Source: an uncultured Spirochaetales bacterium
GTDB lineage: Bacteria > Spirochaetota > Spirochaetia > DSM-27196 > CAZFLD01
Length of the DNA: 64,000 nt
Direction of reading: 5' to 3'
NCBI GenBank assembly: GCA_964519835.1
Contig: CAZFLD010000002.1
Span: forward strand, 73,730 to 137,729
Position 1 is the first letter of the stretch, and every line of letters starts with the position of its first letter. The notes below the pieces were generated by a model that had not been told where the DNA came from, ran no database searches, and saw nothing but the letters and a program-made list of their open reading frames with translations. Both the position numbers and the translations under genes were made by a program. This document shows positions 18,774 through 28,213 of this stretch, one piece after another.

Positions 18774-20934
18774 CTTCCGGAGTTCTCCCGCGAGTGTGGG
18801 CAATCCGGCAATTCTGATTCTTCGAATCCCGCTTATCTTGTTCCTCTGGATACACCTATACCTCCAGCTCACGTGGCTCAGCCCGGTTTTTTTGGTGGTC
18901 TCGGCAGTGATCGCGACAGCCTGCGGTGCGGCACTTGGCGCCTCGCCCCTTCGCACTTGGATAGGCATCGCGCTTGTCCTCTTACTGCCGTGGATTATTC
19001 ATGGCGGTGTCTCCCTAGGCCTCTCAATACAGCGTTTGTTGTCTCCGGGGCCGAGAACCGACACATTGGTCCTGCTGTTCGACCGTAACTATGTGCCCTC
19101 CGTGCTCCCGTTTGTCATCACCGCCCTGGGAACACTCTTATTCGTCCGGATACCGCGCTACCGACTCGTCGACGCCGGCGTCAATGTCCTTCTTCTTGGG
19201 GCTCTGTTTTGGAACCAGGCCTTCCACCTGCTGACAATCTACGCAACCCCGTCGGGCGCCATGGCGGCCATCGCAGGATTTGTGCTGTACCAGGTACTTG
19301 TGCTTGTCATGGCGCAGAGTTTCGAGGCGCGCGCGGCGTCGCGACGGAACAGTCGAAGGACCACACCTCGTCACCGAGGGAGGGCCGGGTCCATCCTGGG
19401 AGCAATCACGGCCGCACTGGTGCTGTTGGCGGCCCTCGGCGGCGTTGCGGGTTTCTTTTTTTCGCGGTATTCGGCCGACTCGGTGACCGAGGGTGGCGCC
19501 GGTTTGATACGGGAAAGCCTCTTTCGATTCGACTTTTCGGACTTTGTCAGCCTCGAATCCAACATCACGATGGACGACGACCTTGTTCTCTTGTATCGAC
19601 GGGACGGCAGCCCCTCGCGGGACCTGCTCAGGCGTTTTGTGCTCTCCGCATACACACCCCAACGTGGCTTTTTCCGCGACTCGACCAGACCGGAGGATCC
19701 GGTCCCTACGGAGGGCGTTGTCGAACGTTCCTTGGTCGAGCAGGACTACTTCCTTATCAATTTAGAACCGTCGGCGCTCTTGGGACTCAACTCTCCCGTT
19801 TCCCACGTATACCTCGAAAACTGGGACGACTCGAGCTTTATCGGCATGTACCGGGTCGACAGCCGGGTACCCGCCGGCCCCACCGGTGGTCTGGCCGACA
19901 TCCGGCTTCCGGAGGCCATGGACGGGGTGACGGAGGCGTTTCGGACACACTACTTGGACTACGGGAACAACGAGTTGGTGGCCGAGCTGGCGCGCGAGAT
20001 CGTTGATGAAGGCGCCGGCCCCTACGCGGCGGCCAAACGAATCGAGCAGTATTTGAAGGCAAACTACTACTACTCCCTCTCGCCTGGAATTTCGGCGTCG
20101 GGCAATCAGCTCCATCACTTTCTGTTCGATAGCAAAAAGGGATACTGTTCGTACTTCGCTTTTTCGATGGCGCTGATGCTTCGAAGCCTCGACATCCCGG
20201 CGCGAGTCGCCGTTGGCTTTTTCGCGCTGCCTGAGTTCTCAGTTATGAACATGTACCCGGTTCGTAGCGACATGGCCCACGCCTGGGTCGAGGTTTACTT
20301 CGGCAAATACGGGTGGATCGAATTCGATCCGACCTCTCAGACACCCGCTCCAGGCGAGGCGCTGCCCTTCTCGTTCAACACAAACACCAATGAGATACTC
20401 TCGCTGCTCGAAGAGGTTCTTAGGCAGGGCAGTATAGACGAGCTTCCCGAGATTGCCGGACCAGGCGTTCCGGCGGGGCGAAACGTGTGGGAGCAAATCG
20501 GTAGGCGCCTGACCGAGGCGGCAAACAGATGGTACATCTGGCTGCCGTTTCTCTACGTGCTCGTGGTGCTGCTTACTCGCGTTCCACTCGTGCCGCTTTT
20601 GGTTGCCCGCTTGCACGGCGAACAGAGACTTCGTATCTTGGCCGACTTTCGGCGCCTCGGGCGGCGCCTCGGGTCTCTCGGCATCAGGCGACGCTCCGGT
20701 GAATCGATAACCGATTTTGCACGGCGCGCGGAGGCCGACCGCGGGTTACAACTGGTAGAGGCCACGCGCCTTGTGCAGCTTGCTCGATTCTCGCCGCGTC
20801 CGGGCGGCGAGGGTCTGGACGAGCGGCGGCGCACTGCTTTCCGACGGGCGATGCGCTCGCTTCGGTCGCTTCCGCCGGGGCGCCGAATTGCAGCGGCCCT
20901 CCTGCCGAGCATCCCTCGGGGCCGCCCGTGGTAG
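18742..20934 (+). CDS. Transglutaminase-like membrane protein (multi-TM N-terminus, TGase core, DUF4129-like C-terminus)
   Basis: Cys-His-Asp contexts KGYCSYFAFSMA, MAHAWVEVYF, WIEFDPT; at least 6 N-terminal hydrophobic segments. Overlaps the DUF58 stop by 32 nt. Confidence 0.85.
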   Translation: MQELHTSKLFSFRSSPASVGNPAILILRIPLILFLWIHLYLQLTWLSPVFLVVSAVIATACGAALGASPLRTWIGIALVLLLPWIIHGGVSLGLSIQRLLSPGPRTDTLVLLFDRNYVPSVLPFVITALGTLLFVRIPRYRLVDAGVNVLLLGALFWNQAFHLLTIYATPSGAMAAIAGFVLYQVLVLVMAQSFEARAASRRNSRRTTPRHRGRAGSILGAITAALVLLAALGGVAGFFFSRYSADSVTEGGAGLIRESLFRFDFSDFVSLESNITMDDDLVLLYRRDGSPSRDLLRRFVLSAYTPQRGFFRDSTRPEDPVPTEGVVERSLVEQDYFLINLEPSALLGLNSPVSHVYLENWDDSSFIGMYRVDSRVPAGPTGGLADIRLPEAMDGVTEAFRTHYLDYGNNELVAELAREIVDEGAGPYAAAKRIEQYLKANYYYSLSPGISASGNQLHHFLFDSKKGYCSYFAFSMALMLRSLDIPARVAVGFFALPEFSVMNMYPVRSDMAHAWVEVYFGKYGWIEFDPTSQTPAPGEALPFSFNTNTNEILSLLEEVLRQGSIDELPEIAGPGVPAGRNVWEQIGRRLTEAANRWYIWLPFLYVLVVLLTRVPLVPLLVARLHGEQRLRILADFRRLGRRLGSLGIRRRSGESITDFARRAEADRGLQLVEATRLVQLARFSPRPGGEGLDERRRTAFRRAMRSLRSLPPGRRIAAALLPSIPRGRPW

Positions 20935-22787
20935 GGAAGACCCACGGCCGCACCACAACAAGCGCCCGCCCCCAAGGCGTTGCCGCGGCCGGTCGTCCGC
21001 GCCGACGCTCCGTGCCGGTCGCGCTCTGTGCCGTTGCGCTCCTTGTGGTCGGAACAAACGGCGTCGGGCAGGAAGAGGAGCTCTCCGCCGACTGGTACGC
21101 GAGTGAGGCGCGCCGGTCGATCCGCCTCGACCAGTTCCGCCGTGCGGTAGAGCTCCTCGAGGAGGCGCAAGAGGCATACCCGGATGCCCGCGATTTCCCG
21201 ATTATCCTCGGCGATCTGTACTACGACGAGGAGCTCTACGGTCCGGCTCTCGACGCCTACCGGCAGGCCATGGAGATTGCACCGGAAAACTACGTCATCC
21301 TTCATCAAGTGGCGGCAACCCTGAGCCGCCTGAACCGTGAACGGGAGGCAATCGAGCAGTATGAGCGCCTCCGGTCCCTCTTTCCCGACGATTCGGAGGC
21401 CTTTCCCCGCCTGGGCTGGCTCTACTTCAAGACTCATCAGCTCGAGGAGGGAGAGGCGGTGCTTCTCGAGGGCCTCGAGCTCTACCCGGACGACCGGCTG
21501 ATCCTTATGACACTCGCTACCGTCTACGCGGCGATGTACGACTACGAGCGGTCCGAGCACTACTACATGGAATCGATCGACCGGGCTGAGGCGACCGGTG
21601 ACAACGCTTTCGCCGCCCTGGCCTACTACAACCTGAGTCTCCTGGAACGAGAGTTCCACCACTTCGATAGGTCCTTGGACTACACCAATCGGTCAATCGC
21701 GCGCATGGCTCGGGCAAGCGGCTATCTGGCCCGCGGGGAGCTCCTCGAGAAAACGATGAACCTTACCGCCGCCGAGGCGGAGTACGCGCGATCCTACGAA
21801 ACGGATGCCGACGCCCCCTTTGCCCAAATCCGCTTGGCGGACCTCTATCGGAAAACCGGACGTCTCGACGCGGCAAAGGACGTGGCGGAAGAGGTCTTCC
21901 AGTCCGAGGACCTATCCTGGATCTACGGTTTTGGGACCGACGTAGATAGGCACCTCATGGAGATACACGAGCTGCTTGCCGACATCTACGAGGACCTCAA
22001 CGAGCGGGAGAAACATCGGGCCATCGCCGGGTTTGGCGCCCGCCTATCAAACGTCGTGGAGCGGGCGCGTTTGGCAATCCTCGCCTGGTACCACCGCGGG
22101 CGGTTTGCGTTCTACGCGAATCGTGTGGCCGACGACTACCGCGAGGCGAACAACGAGCTGGACGCCGCCGCCACCTACATGGAAGCAACCCGGTCGCATC
22201 CGGATATTGCGCTTCGGTACTTGGAAGACGCCCGAAGGCTGGAAATGCCGCTTATCCCGGAGACACGAGGCGTGTATTTGGTCGAGGAAGCGAAGCTCCG
22301 GCGCTCCGAATCGCTTTTTAGAGAGTCCCTCTCTATTCTGAACCCGGAATGGGAGCAGAGCGTGCTGGAAGAGGCGCGACTCGAGCTTGCCAAGATTTTT
22401 GTGGAATCGGATCGACTTTCTGAAGCGGACACACTTATCGCGGCGGCCTATGACAAAAACCGCGGAGCATTTCGGCGAGAGGGCATCGGCGTGCCCGCGG
22501 TCGTCGAGACAAACGACCATCATCGAAGGCTAACCCGGTACCTCAGAGACGTTGGCTTTCGCACGGAAACGGTGCGGCCCGTCGTCCGGATTCGGGTTAC
22601 CTTCACCGGCAACGGCCTGGCCGGATTCGCTCTCGACCCGATATACGCTTCGCAAGATGATGGAGCGGGAGCCGTCGAAGGCCGCAGTGACCCGGTCGCA
22701 TCGGGCACGTTTCCGCTCGGGGAAGACATCAACTCGGGCCTGGCGGCCTTGGCCGAGCGGATTGCCGCCGACGCCCTGCAGATGTGA
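20928..22787 (+). CDS. TPR-repeat protein with N-terminal membrane anchor
   Basis: Repeated 34-aa TPR-like units (e.g. GDLYYDEELYGPALDAYRQAMEIAPEN, LGWLYFKTHQLEEGEAVLLEGLELYPDD). GTG start overlaps the TGase stop. Confidence 0.75.
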   Translation: MVGKTHGRTTTSARPQGVAAAGRPRRRSVPVALCAVALLVVGTNGVGQEEELSADWYASEARRSIRLDQFRRAVELLEEAQEAYPDARDFPIILGDLYYDEELYGPALDAYRQAMEIAPENYVILHQVAATLSRLNREREAIEQYERLRSLFPDDSEAFPRLGWLYFKTHQLEEGEAVLLEGLELYPDDRLILMTLATVYAAMYDYERSEHYYMESIDRAEATGDNAFAALAYYNLSLLEREFHHFDRSLDYTNRSIARMARASGYLARGELLEKTMNLTAAEAEYARSYETDADAPFAQIRLADLYRKTGRLDAAKDVAEEVFQSEDLSWIYGFGTDVDRHLMEIHELLADIYEDLNEREKHRAIAGFGARLSNVVERARLAILAWYHRGRFAFYANRVADDYREANNELDAAATYMEATRSHPDIALRYLEDARRLEMPLIPETRGVYLVEEAKLRRSESLFRESLSILNPEWEQSVLEEARLELAKIFVESDRLSEADTLIAAAYDKNRGAFRREGIGVPAVVETNDHHRRLTRYLRDVGFRTETVRPVVRIRVTFTGNGLAGFALDPIYASQDDGAGAVEGRSDPVASGTFPLGEDINSGLAALAERIAADALQM

Positions 22788-22805
22788 GCGAGCCGTTTCC
22801 AGCTC

Positions 22806-23789
22806 CTACCAACGCATGATATTGCCGCCGTAGGTCAGGCCGGACCCAAAGCCAACCGTTACGATCAGATCACCCCGTTCTAAGAGCCCTTTCTCATCCA
22901 TCTCCGCAAGGGCAATGGGGATGGAGGCCGCGGATGTGTTCGCGTACTCTTCGATGTTCAAGTAAAATTTCTCTTTTGGGATGCCGAGCCGCTTTCCAGC
23001 GGCCTCGATAATACGAACGTTGGCCTGATGCGGCACGATGTAGCGAATATCGTCCACCGACAGGCCGTTTCCAGCTACGAGGTCGTGGATGGTCTTGCCG
23101 AGGGCCTGGACTGCGAACAAGTAGACCTTGCGGCCGTTCATCTTGAGAAACCGATCCTCTTCCGGTGTCTCTCCGGGAATGTACGGTGTTCGCGTACCAC
23201 CGGCGGCGCGCAAGAGCGAATCCGCGTCGCGTCCGCGGGATCCGAGGATCGAGTCGAATATGTAGCTCCGATCGTCGTTGCTCTTTGTAACCAGCGCGGC
23301 ACCGGCGCCGTCACCAAAGAGAACACAGGTGGACCGATCCTTCCAATTCAAGATCTTGCTGTACACCTCGGCCCCGACGACAAGGACGTTCTCGGCGCCG
23401 CCTGCAACCACAAAGTTTCGCGCGGTTTCAAGGGCGTATACAAATCCGGTGCAGGCGGCGACTACGTCCATCGCGCCGGCGCGCACCGCACCGATGGCGT
23501 TTTGCACAACACACGCGGTGGACGGCAAACCCACGTAGTCGGGGGTCGATGTTGCAAGGAGGATCAGGTCAATTTCGTCGGCGCTGATGCCGGCGTGGCG
23601 CATAAGCTTCTCGGCTGCGGCCACTCCTAAGTCACTCGCAGCCTCATCTCTGGCCGCCAGGTGGCGGTATCGAATACCGGTATGGGAGTAGACCCAGTCG
23701 TCCGAAGTGTCGACGAACTCCGCCAATTCGGTGTTTGACATTCTTCGCGCCGGTACATGCGAGGAAACGGCTTTGATGTATGCGCGCAA
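22806..23789 (-). CDS. fabH: 3-oxoacyl-ACP synthase III
   Basis: Cys-His-Asn contexts AACTGFVYAL, VPHQANVRII, GNTSAASIPIAL and a C-terminal GFGSGLTYG. TTG start with GGGGG 6-7 nt upstream. Confidence 0.9.
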   Translation of the reverse strand: MRAYIKAVSSHVPARRMSNTELAEFVDTSDDWVYSHTGIRYRHLAARDEAASDLGVAAAEKLMRHAGISADEIDLILLATSTPDYVGLPSTACVVQNAIGAVRAGAMDVVAACTGFVYALETARNFVVAGGAENVLVVGAEVYSKILNWKDRSTCVLFGDGAGAALVTKSNDDRSYIFDSILGSRGRDADSLLRAAGGTRTPYIPGETPEEDRFLKMNGRKVYLFAVQALGKTIHDLVAGNGLSVDDIRYIVPHQANVRIIEAAGKRLGIPKEKFYLNIEEYANTSAASIPIALAEMDEKGLLERGDLIVTVGFGSGLTYGGNIMRW

Positions 23790-23839
23790 TCAAGCCCCCT
23801 TGTAATAGGCACCCATCTTACGGACGCCTTCGAGAGGGG

Positions 23840-24778
23840 TCAATTGCCGGAGTCGGAGAGGCCAAAACGCTCGGCGTGCTCTCCACTTCCGGCCGGCTCG
23901 ACGTGCACGATAACATCGTAGACCTCCGGGACACGCTCGACGATGATTCGTTCGGTGTGCATGGCGACTTCGTGGGCGGCATAGACCGACATGTCCCCGT
24001 CCACTTCGATGTCGAGCACCACCACAAACACATGGCCGAGGCGCCTGATTCGAACCCGGTGCGGGTTCGAAGCATCAGGCACCTCGGAAACGGCAGCAAA
24101 GACCCGTTTGTACATCGTTGTATCCGTGGTCCCGTCCATGAGCTCGGTGTTGGTCTCAAAAAAGATGACAACCGCGATGCGAATAATCCAGACGCTTACT
24201 AAAAGCGCCGCTATTGTGTCGATTTGTCGAAGGCCTGTTACCTGCACCAGGATCAACCCAACTATCACAACAAGCGAGATACCCACGTCACCCTGCATGT
24301 TGCGACCGTTGGCGATAAGCATCTTGCTATCGATTTTCCTGCCAAGACGACGGAGGAAGACCGAAAGGCCGATCTTTGCAACAAGCGACACACCGGTCAC
24401 GATAAACGCGCCGGTTGTCGGCAGCGGGCTGTGAACTCCTGCTGCCATATGGCGGATGGACTCGAGCACGAGCTCGACGCCGGCAAAAAAGATGATAAAC
24501 GAGAGTACTTTGGTTGCGAGGGTATCGGCCCGCGAGTAGCCGAACGGGAACTTCGCGTCGGGCGGTCGGGCCATGATGTGGGCCGTAACAAGGGTGAGCA
24601 GGCTTGCCAGAATATCGGCACCGGAATCGATGCCGTCGCTTATGACCGCGTAGCTCCCGCCGACAATGCCGACCACAACCTTGGCAACCGTGAGGATCCC
24701 GTTGGCAGCGATCGCGATCCAGGAGGCACAAACGATCCGACGGTTTCTTTCGTCAATCGGCCTTGCTCCAATCATCAC
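23840..24778 (-). CDS. Cation diffusion facilitator (CDF) family metal efflux transporter
   Basis: Six TM segments with SYAVISDGIDSGADILASL (TM2 HD/DD-type site) and a C-terminal cytoplasmic domain (VHVEP...). Confidence 0.85.
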   Translation of the reverse strand: MMIGARPIDERNRRIVCASWIAIAANGILTVAKVVVGIVGGSYAVISDGIDSGADILASLLTLVTAHIMARPPDAKFPFGYSRADTLATKVLSFIIFFAGVELVLESIRHMAAGVHSPLPTTGAFIVTGVSLVAKIGLSVFLRRLGRKIDSKMLIANGRNMQGDVGISLVVIVGLILVQVTGLRQIDTIAALLVSVWIIRIAVVIFFETNTELMDGTTDTTMYKRVFAAVSEVPDASNPHRVRIRRLGHVFVVVLDIEVDGDMSVYAAHEVAMHTERIIVERVPEVYDVIVHVEPAGSGEHAERFGLSDSGN

Positions 24779-24796
24779 GTTCGCCGTTTCCAGTCT

Positions 24797-26074
24797 CTAT
24801 TGAAAGGCGTCCAACATCCTCTCGAGCTGCACACTCATTCCGGTCAGAAACTCGTTAAGGTCCTCCGGACTCAGATCCTCTTCCTTTGGTCCGGGAAACC
24901 TGCGCATGGCCTCTTCGAGGTTGCCCTCCGTGATAAATCCCGGGATGGCGGTTACCGGGTCGAGTTGTGAGATCGGCCCGGTCACGATGTAGCCGTCTAC
25001 CAGCTCTTCCAAAGCCAGCTCTTCGTCGGAGCCTTCGGGCACGTACGGCGTCGGAGGGAGCGAAAGCGCCCCAAACGCGTTGCCCACCACGCTAAATCCC
25101 TGGAACTGCTCCACGCCGTCTTTGCTAAACACCAGCGCGTCGATCGCTCCGGCCGTTGGGTAGTCGGTGCCGGTCATGGACTCCGTGCTTGGAATAGGAT
25201 TATGGAACATAGCATTGGTGACACGACCGCCGATTTCGCCGTACACGATACGAGCCGCGCGGCGGGGATCCTGTATGCCGGCTTCACTCGCGCTCTCGGC
25301 ATAGCTGAAGTCCTCATGCCGCGCGAGGGTGTGTTGCATGGGCAAAAGCGCGATGATGGTTTGCCCTTGGCGCACAAAATCGTCGAGGATGATCTGCGCG
25401 ATATGGTTGTCCGGCGCCCCCCCCGGAAAAAGCTGTGCCAAGACCTCCGGATTTTCCGCATCTTCCTCGGTCTGAACGAGCTCGTAGTTAATAAACACAC
25501 CCAAACCGATAATCCGAAACGGCTCGGCCCCGTCCTGCGCATCGTTGTTTACCTGCCACGCCGCCTCCACCAGATCGACGTACTCCTGGTAACCCGAGAC
25601 TACAATGTTGTTAAACAAAAGGCGGTGAACGTCTTCCGCGTTGAAGGATGGCGCAGTCACGATGCGATCGAGCATCTCCTGGTCCCGGCTCAAAAACCAG
25701 TCTACCCCCACCGATCGATGCCCCGCTTGGTAGAGTCTTGGCACCGCGGCGGTTAGGTTGGCGATCGGCTCACGGATTCGAGGGAAGTATCCGAGGAGGA
25801 CCGCATCGTGGTTGTCCGCCAAGCGGACCAGGTACTCGTCGATGGGCCGGGCGATCTGATCATAGAGCTGTGTCAAGGTATTCACCGTCTCGGAATCGGT
25901 ACGTCGGCCGATGGCGACGTTGTCTCGAGGCGAGATAATGTTGAATGGGTCGATCAAAAAAAAGACCGCTACGCCGATCACGACGTACATAAGCGTTCTG
26001 GACTGTTTTCGTTCCACCGCCGCAGTATAGCCGAAGCGCGTGCGCGCGTCCAAGATGAGCTTGTCGACGCGCAT
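24797..26074 (-). CDS. Hypothetical membrane-anchored protein, 425 aa
   Basis: One N-terminal TM segment (LMYVVIGVAVFFLI) followed by a large soluble domain. No family confidently recognised; faint ChaN/Tiki-like feel only. Confidence 0.65.
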   Translation of the reverse strand: MRVDKLILDARTRFGYTAAVERKQSRTLMYVVIGVAVFFLIDPFNIISPRDNVAIGRRTDSETVNTLTQLYDQIARPIDEYLVRLADNHDAVLLGYFPRIREPIANLTAAVPRLYQAGHRSVGVDWFLSRDQEMLDRIVTAPSFNAEDVHRLLFNNIVVSGYQEYVDLVEAAWQVNNDAQDGAEPFRIIGLGVFINYELVQTEEDAENPEVLAQLFPGGAPDNHIAQIILDDFVRQGQTIIALLPMQHTLARHEDFSYAESASEAGIQDPRRAARIVYGEIGGRVTNAMFHNPIPSTESMTGTDYPTAGAIDALVFSKDGVEQFQGFSVVGNAFGALSLPPTPYVPEGSDEELALEELVDGYIVTGPISQLDPVTAIPGFITEGNLEEAMRRFPGPKEEDLSPEDLNEFLTGMSVQLERMLDAFQ

Positions 26075-26080
26075 TTTTAT

Positions 26081-26110
26081 CGGTCAGCGGCCGAATTCGG
26101 CCGCCGACCG
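26081..26110. promoter_or_regulatory. 30-bp GC-rich inverted repeat abutting the fabG -35 region (operator or 5'-UTR hairpin candidate)
   Basis: CGGTCAGCGGCCGAA|TTCGGCCGCCGACCG: 15-nt half-sites with a single A:C mismatch, centred on GAATTC. It lies 7 nt from the divergent gene start (26074) and 2 nt from TTGACA. Confidence 0.5.
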
Positions 26111-26112
26111 AC

Positions 26113-26142
26113 TTGACAGTGGCTTCTACCGCTCGCTAGGAT
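26113..26142 (+). promoter_or_regulatory. Candidate promoter for fabG-fabF
   Basis: TTGACA (26113-26118), 18 nt, TAGGAT (26137-26142). AAGGAGG SD lies at 26164-26170, before ATG 26177. Confidence 0.35.
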
Positions 26143-26176
26143 TGATCCAATCGCAGTCCCGTCAAGGAGGACACAC

Positions 26177-26920
26177 ATGCTTGTAAAGGGCAAAACGGCC
26201 CTCGTCACCGGCGGAGCCCGGGGCATAGGCAGAAAAATCGTCGAAAAGCTTATGGAAAACGGCGCCTCGGTCCACTATATCGACCTGCAGGAAGCCGATT
26301 CCCTCGCCGAGTATCGGCACATGGCAGGAAATTTGGGAGTAGAGGTGGCCTTCCACGAGGGCAACGTCGCCGATGAAGAGCAAATCACGTCGCTTGTTGA
26401 GGGCATCATCAAGGAGACGGGCGGCCTCGACATTGTTGTCAACAACGCGGGCATAACACGTGACGGTCTTATCTTTCGAATGAGCGCCAAGGATTGGTCC
26501 GATGTGCTGTCGGTCAACCTCACCAGCGCCTTCTACATCTCGAAGGTCGTATCGCGGCACATGATCAAGGCGCGGGCGGGCTCTATCATAAACGTTGCGT
26601 CCATTGTCGGCGTTATCGGCAACGGCGGGCAGACAAACTACTCCGCCTCCAAGGCCGGGCTCATCGGGTTTACCAAGAGTCTGGCGCGGGAAATCGCAGG
26701 TCGCGGTGTTCGTGTCAACGCCGTCGCCCCCGGCTTTATTCAGACACCGATGACCGACAAGCTGACCGAGGATCAACGGACGGCGCTTCTCACACAAATT
26801 CCGATGGCCCGTTTGGGTCAGCCCGAGGAGGTTGCCAAGGTCATTCTCTTTCTCGCATCCGAGCTAGCCTCCTATTTGACCGGCCAGGTAATCCACATTA
26901 CCGGCGGTATGGGTATGTAA
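26177..26920 (+). CDS. fabG: 3-oxoacyl-ACP reductase
   Basis: SDR motifs TGGARGIG, NNAG, and the Ser...YxxxK context (YSASKAG). 247 aa. Confidence 0.9.
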   Translation: MLVKGKTALVTGGARGIGRKIVEKLMENGASVHYIDLQEADSLAEYRHMAGNLGVEVAFHEGNVADEEQITSLVEGIIKETGGLDIVVNNAGITRDGLIFRMSAKDWSDVLSVNLTSAFYISKVVSRHMIKARAGSIINVASIVGVIGNGGQTNYSASKAGLIGFTKSLAREIAGRGVRVNAVAPGFIQTPMTDKLTEDQRTALLTQIPMARLGQPEEVAKVILFLASELASYLTGQVIHITGGMGM

Positions 26921-26921
26921 C

Positions 26922-28163
26922 GTGAAAAATCGAATCGTAATAACGGGAATGGGCGCCGTAACACCCATCGGAAACAACGTTCCGGATTTCTGGGCGGGCA
27001 TTAAGGCCGGGAAAAGCGGCGCCGGCCGCATCACCAAATTCGATCCCGCCGAGTACCCCGTGCACATTGCCGCGGAGCTGAAGGACTTTGATCCAACGGT
27101 GGCGCTGGAGTCCAAAGAGGCCCGAAAGATGGATCCGTTCGCGCAGTACGCCACCGTGGCAAGCGTCGAGGCGATGAACGACGCCGGGCTCAAACCGGGA
27201 GACGTAGACCCGGAGCGCCTCGGCACCATTCTCGGCTGCGGCATCGGAGGGTTTGAAGCGCTCGAAACGGCCTATTATAAGCTCTTCGAGCGAGGCCCGA
27301 GTCGAGTCCACCCGATGACGATTCCCAAGATGATCTCAAACATTGGCCCGGCCAACGTCGCGATCAAACACAACGCCCAGGGGCCTTGCTTCACGCTCAC
27401 TACCGCCTGTTCCTCAGGCACCGATGCCATCGGGCATTCGTTATTCTGGCTCCGCCAGGGCCTATGCGACGTTGTCATAAGCGGCGGCACCGAAGCCTGC
27501 ATAAGCAAGATGGGACTCACCGGCTTTTGTGTGCTCCAAGCCCTGAGCACCAAGTATAACGATCGCCCTGAGGAGGCATCGCGGCCGTTCGACAAGAATC
27601 GGGACGGTTTTTTGATCGGCGAGGGAGCGGGCATTGTGATCCTGGAGACCTACGAGCACGCGAAGGCTCGGGGCGCAAAGATTTACGCCGAAGTGGCGGG
27701 CTACGGAATGAGTTGTGATGCGAGTCACCTGACCGCGCCACACCCCGAGGGTCGCGGCGCCATCTTCGCAATAAAGGCAGCGCTGGCGGATGCGGAGATG
27801 GTGCCTGATCAAGTCGACTACATAAACGCCCACGGTACATCGACCCCGATGAACGACCCTACCGAAACCAAAGTCGTAAAACGAGTATTCGGCGACCACG
27901 CCTACAAACTCAAAATGTCGTCGACAAAGTCTATGACGGGCCACTGTATCGGCGCCGCCGGCGGCATCGAGGCAATCGCTTGCTCGTTGGCGATTCGCGA
28001 CCAGTTCTTTCCGGCCACCATCCACCTCGAGCAGCCCGACGACGAGTGCGACCTGGACTACGTGCCGAATGTGGGCGTCGAAGGCAAGATCGACGTGGCG
28101 ATGTCGAACTCGCTCGGCTTCGGCGGCCACAACGGTATCCTGATACTAAAAAAGGCGGAGTAG
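26922..28163 (+). CDS. fabF: 3-oxoacyl-ACP synthase II
   Basis: RIVITGMGAVTPIG, the active-site Cys context TTACSSG, HGTSTPMND, and GFGGHN at the C-terminus. GTG start 1 nt after the fabG stop. Confidence 0.9.
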   Translation: MKNRIVITGMGAVTPIGNNVPDFWAGIKAGKSGAGRITKFDPAEYPVHIAAELKDFDPTVALESKEARKMDPFAQYATVASVEAMNDAGLKPGDVDPERLGTILGCGIGGFEALETAYYKLFERGPSRVHPMTIPKMISNIGPANVAIKHNAQGPCFTLTTACSSGTDAIGHSLFWLRQGLCDVVISGGTEACISKMGLTGFCVLQALSTKYNDRPEEASRPFDKNRDGFLIGEGAGIVILETYEHAKARGAKIYAEVAGYGMSCDASHLTAPHPEGRGAIFAIKAALADAEMVPDQVDYINAHGTSTPMNDPTETKVVKRVFGDHAYKLKMSSTKSMTGHCIGAAGGIEAIACSLAIRDQFFPATIHLEQPDDECDLDYVPNVGVEGKIDVAMSNSLGFGGHNGILILKKAE

Positions 28164-28166
28164 GTC

Positions 28167-28193
28167 GCCGGCCGCAATTTGCAGGCGGCCGGC
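28167..28193 (+). terminator. GC-rich hairpin after fabF (terminator candidate, no U-tract)
   Basis: GCCGGCCGC-AATTTGCAG-GCGGCCGGC: perfect 9-bp stem with a 9-nt loop, starting 4 nt after the TAG. Confidence 0.4.
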
Positions 28194-28213
28194 TGAACCG
28201 GTATCATAGTAGG

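Noticed and set aside
3355-21662. Long ORFs antisense to, or out of frame with, strongly supported genes. Examples: 3355..4359 and 4501..5472 (opposite the Lon-like gene), 15385..16533 (opposite addA), 16577..17629 (opposite MoxR), 11989..12651, 20553..21662, and later 45055..45849, 61182..61922 and 61842..62345.
   Set aside because: These are shadow ORFs of the kind expected at about 60% GC. Their translations are Arg/Pro/Gly/Ser-rich with no motifs, and each overlaps a gene with clear family signatures.
10270-22787. AddB/AddA-like plus MoxR-DUF58-TGase-TPR as one 12.5-kb co-directional system (gaps of 34 nt or less), possibly defence-related.
   Set aside because: AddAB and MoxR-DUF58-TGase are each well-known, independently conserved modules. 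Adjacency alone is weak evidence, and no other defence hallmarks (methylase, restriction, toxin, Cas, abortive-infection domains) were seen. A synteny survey is worthwhile, but I do not claim this as a system.
26918-26924. A hidden acpP (or fabD) within the fabG-fabF cluster.
   Set aside because: The fabG stop and the fabF GTG are separated by 1 nt, and no small ORF with the DSLD phosphopantetheine motif was seen in the surrounding intergenic regions. acpP must lie elsewhere.
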